NCBI GenBank assembly: GCA_040261955.1
Contig: JBDQMZ010000133.1
Coordinates: 1 to 40,151, forward strand
Length of the DNA: 40,151 nt
Reading direction: 5' to 3'
Origin: Candidatus Nanopelagicales bacterium
GTDB taxonomy: Bacteria; Actinomycetota; Actinomycetes; S36-B12
The notes below the pieces were generated by a model. The model saw only the letters and a program-made list of their open reading frames with translations. It was not told where the DNA came from and made no database searches. The position numbers were made by a program, and so were the translations under genes. How positions within the stretch are numbered: the first letter of the stretch is position 1; each line of letters starts with the position of its first letter. Below are positions 37,735 to 40,151 of this stretch, piece by piece.

Positions 37735-38148
37735 GTGAACTCTGTCCTTGGGCGAATTAGCGTTCTAGTCTCATTTGTTGTCTTGGGGTTGGTTATTGGA
37801 ATTTGTGGTGCCTTTTTTCAGGCTCATAGGTGGATCCCTGAACTTTTTGGACGCTATCTCATCATTCCGTGGGGGACAGTCATCCTTCTCGTTGTGTTAG
37901 TCCTGGTCACTCGAATGGCGACGGTAGCTACTGGCACGCGCTGGGGGGCTTGGCTTTTTGTCACCGGATGGCTGGCATCCACGGTGTTGCTGTCGGCCGA
38001 TTCGCCTTCAGGGGACTTGGCCATCAGTTCGGGTGGCAGGCAATTGGTGTACCTCTTTGGCGGAATAATCGTGTGCACGGCTACGGCAACATTCCCTCCA
38101 CGCTCGGGCCGAGGAACCAAATCACAACTTCCCGCGTCCATTTCATGA
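37735..38148 (+). CDS. Four-TM membrane protein conserved downstream of mshB
   Basis: 137 aa with a GTG start 4 nt after the mshB stop and four hydrophobic helices. Its position equals that of the membrane protein following mshB in mycobacteria. Confidence 0.55.
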   Translation: MNSVLGRISVLVSFVVLGLVIGICGAFFQAHRWIPELFGRYLIIPWGTVILLVVLVLVTRMATVATGTRWGAWLFVTGWLASTVLLSADSPSGDLAISSGGRQLVYLFGGIIVCTATATFPPRSGRGTKSQLPASIS

Positions 38149-38241
38149 ATGGCAATTCGACTTGATGGAAGCATGTCGCTCAAGGGATAACCTCTCGTGG
38201 CTCTCTACCATGTATAGACGGATTCGCCGCCAAAATTTTGC

Positions 38242-38301
38242 TGCCCAAGACGGAAATGCCCATGACCATAATGCCCAAGACGAAAATGCCAAGGAGTGAT
38301 T
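38242..38301 (+). repeat. Four phased 15-bp tandem units immediately upstream of vanW
   Basis: The units are TGCCCAAGACGGAAA (38242), TGCCCATGACCATAA (38257), TGCCCAAGACGAAAA (38272) and TGCCAAGGAGTGATT (38287). Units 1 and 3 differ at one base. Unit 4 contains the vanW SD, AAGGAG. Confidence 0.6.
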
Positions 38302-38303
38302 GA

Positions 38304-40115
38304 GTGTCCGAGCATCTGAAGATGCCCGAGCTGTCACGGCAGACCCTTGTCATAATCGGGGCCTGCATCGCGGCAATTGTGGTGGTCTTCCTCGGCGCAT
38401 TTGTGGCAACCAAAGATGGTGTCCGAGCCGGAACCATGGTGGACGGCATCAACTTGGGCGGGCTCAGTGAGGCCCAAGCGATTGCGGTTGTTGAGGAGAC
38501 CTTGGGAGCAACATCAACAAAAAAGTTTGAAGTGGTGTTAGGCGATCAAGCCGTAGAACTAAGGCCTTCAGCTGCGGGAATCGTGCTCAATGCTCAAGCG
38601 ACGGTGGATCAGGGAATGGCCCGAGGCTTTAATCCTTTTACCGTCATCACAGACTTGGTCGGTTCACGTGAGATCGAACCCGTTATCGACGTGGATCCCG
38701 ATGCACTTGCTGAGCAAGTGGCGTCGATCGCTGAAACCTTCGATGTAATGCCCACCGAACCGGTATTAACCGTGACGGCGAAAAATATTTCCTTGTCCAG
38801 GGGCACTGATGGCGTGACCGTTGAGCAAGAGCAGTTAGCGCAAACTTTGGTTGCCGCGGCACTGGAACCTCGGGATCCCATCGAGGCACCCGTGGTTACC
38901 GCTCCGCCGAGAGTTTCGGAGGAAGTCGCTCTAGCGGCTGAGAAATTGGCTCAGAATGCCGTTGCCAACCCCGTGCGTGTTTCAGTAAATGGAGTGAACA
39001 TCGCGATTGAACCCAACGTCATCGCTCGCGCTTTGAGTTTTTCGCAGCAAGGCAATCAACTTTCGCCAGAACTTGATGGCGCCATATTGCATGCCTCAAT
39101 TGCTAATGAACTCAAGGGAGCTGAAAAGCCGGGACGTGATGCAACATTCAAAATCGTAAAGGGTTCACCTGTGGTTGTGCCGTCTGTGGTTGGAACGGGT
39201 GTCTCCGACGCAAATTTGGCCACGTCCGTCCTAGGAGTCCTCGATAACCCTGATCCAAATCGCTCAGTTGTTGTACCCCTTGGCACTCGTGACCCGGCGC
39301 TCACCACGGAGGCAGCTCAGCAGTTGGGTATCACTGAGAAAATTTCGAGTTTCACCCAACAATTCCAATACGCGGCATATCGAGTTACCAATATTGGTCA
39401 GGCTGCAAAGTATGTGAACGGGACCCTATTGCTTCCGGGTGAAACATTCTCCATGAATGACACCATCAAAGAGCGTACAGTGAAGAATGGTTACACGGTG
39501 GGGACAATTATTGGTCCGGGTGGAGTATTTGAAGATGCACTAGGTGGCGGCGTTTCTGCGGCAACCACCGCCGTTTGGACGGCGGCATTTTTTGCGGGGA
39601 TGGAGAAAACGGATACGCGAGCGCATTCGTTGTACATTTCCCGTTACCAACCAGGACTCGAGGCAACCGTTGCTTGGGGCGTTTTTGACATGAAGTTCAC
39701 CAATGACACTCCTAATGCGGTTTTTATCACCACAAAAATGACTAACTCCTCCATGAAGGTAACTTTTTGGGGAACCAAGCAGTTTGATGAAATCACGGCG
39801 GAGTTCGGCGAGCGCACAAATATTCGTGAGCCACAGCGAGTTGTAAAGCGAACGAAAAAGTGCAAGCCCCAAGCAGGAATCCCGGGCTTCACCATTACCG
39901 TGGATAGAGTGTTTAAGAACGATGGCAAGATCGTTGAGCGCGAGCCCATGACGACCGTTTATCGAGCTGGGCCGGAAATCGTGTGCAAGAAGCCAAAGAA
40001 GGAAAAGCCCGTCGATGAAATAACGGGGGAAACCTTTGACAACACGGTGGACCCCAGCGCCTCACCGTCGCCCAGCCCCTCGGCTAGTTCAGAGCCCAAG
40101 AAGCCTCAAAATTAA
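38304..40115 (+). CDS. VanW-family protein (N-terminal TM anchor, putative peptidoglycan-binding repeats, VanW domain, Ser/Pro-rich tail)
   Basis: 603 aa. The GTG start is 7 nt after AAGGAG. The TM helix is LVIIGACIAAIVVVFLGAF. The VanW core is NIGQAAKYVNGTLLLPGETFSMNDTI...NGYTVG...GGGVSAATTAVWTAAFFAGM. The C-terminus has SPSPSPSPSASS. Confidence 0.85.
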   Translation: MSEHLKMPELSRQTLVIIGACIAAIVVVFLGAFVATKDGVRAGTMVDGINLGGLSEAQAIAVVEETLGATSTKKFEVVLGDQAVELRPSAAGIVLNAQATVDQGMARGFNPFTVITDLVGSREIEPVIDVDPDALAEQVASIAETFDVMPTEPVLTVTAKNISLSRGTDGVTVEQEQLAQTLVAAALEPRDPIEAPVVTAPPRVSEEVALAAEKLAQNAVANPVRVSVNGVNIAIEPNVIARALSFSQQGNQLSPELDGAILHASIANELKGAEKPGRDATFKIVKGSPVVVPSVVGTGVSDANLATSVLGVLDNPDPNRSVVVPLGTRDPALTTEAAQQLGITEKISSFTQQFQYAAYRVTNIGQAAKYVNGTLLLPGETFSMNDTIKERTVKNGYTVGTIIGPGGVFEDALGGGVSAATTAVWTAAFFAGMEKTDTRAHSLYISRYQPGLEATVAWGVFDMKFTNDTPNAVFITTKMTNSSMKVTFWGTKQFDEITAEFGERTNIREPQRVVKRTKKCKPQAGIPGFTITVDRVFKNDGKIVEREPMTTVYRAGPEIVCKKPKKEKPVDEITGETFDNTVDPSASPSPSPSASSEPKKPQN

Positions 40116-40151
40116 TTTGCGGTGACTTGCTGGCCTTCCGAACCGTCAGTA

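Noticed and set aside
40112-40151. A possible 3' end of a convergent minus-strand gene (...TDGSEGQQVTAN, with its stop overlapping the vanW stop).
   Set aside because: Only 13 codons are visible at the window edge. That is too short to separate a real CDS from chance.
1-40151. A search for CRISPR arrays, IS elements, integrases, phage genes, restriction-modification systems or known defence-system genes.
   Set aside because: I found no spaced direct-repeat arrays, terminal inverted repeats, or transposase, recombinase or methyltransferase signatures. RmuC, PhoH2 and NfeD/SPFH sit in conserved housekeeping contexts, not in a defence-island context.

Overview
This window is a compact stretch of core chromosome, about 93-95% coding, from a mid-GC actinobacterium (Actinomycetota). 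I call about 45 CDS. I found no rRNA, tRNA, CRISPR array, transposase, integrase or prophage signature. Gene order follows the conserved mycobacterial-type backbone: greA, DUF4307, mca, thioredoxin-domain protein, Z-prenyl synthase, phoH2, glpX plus fumarase, DUF4245, xseBA, ispH, ychF, typA, mshB. Blocks inserted into that backbone are SURF1 / PfkB kinase / DUF3817; regulator-modABC-ung; NfeD/SPFH; a short tryptophan 2,3-dioxygenase plus Lrp; amylosucrase; rmuC; DUF4287 / GNAT / SRPBCC / ACT-GNAT; a four-gene cupin / dehydrogenase / hydratase operon; an S9 peptidase; and VanW. I do not see a clear-cut novel defence or mobile system. The best leads are: (1) the uncharacterised cupin operon, which sits behind a perfect 16-bp LacI-type palindrome with no cognate regulator in the window and below the longest non-coding stretch here (about 280 bp); (2) a phased 4 x 15-bp tandem repeat encoding a pentapeptide-repeat uORF whose stop codon abuts the vanW start; (3) uracil-DNA glycosylase overlapping the 3' end of a regulator-modABC operon; (4) amylosucrase inserted between glpX and a class I fumarase. 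All protein calls rest on motifs recognised in the supplied translations. No database search was run, and start codons are the least certain part of every call.
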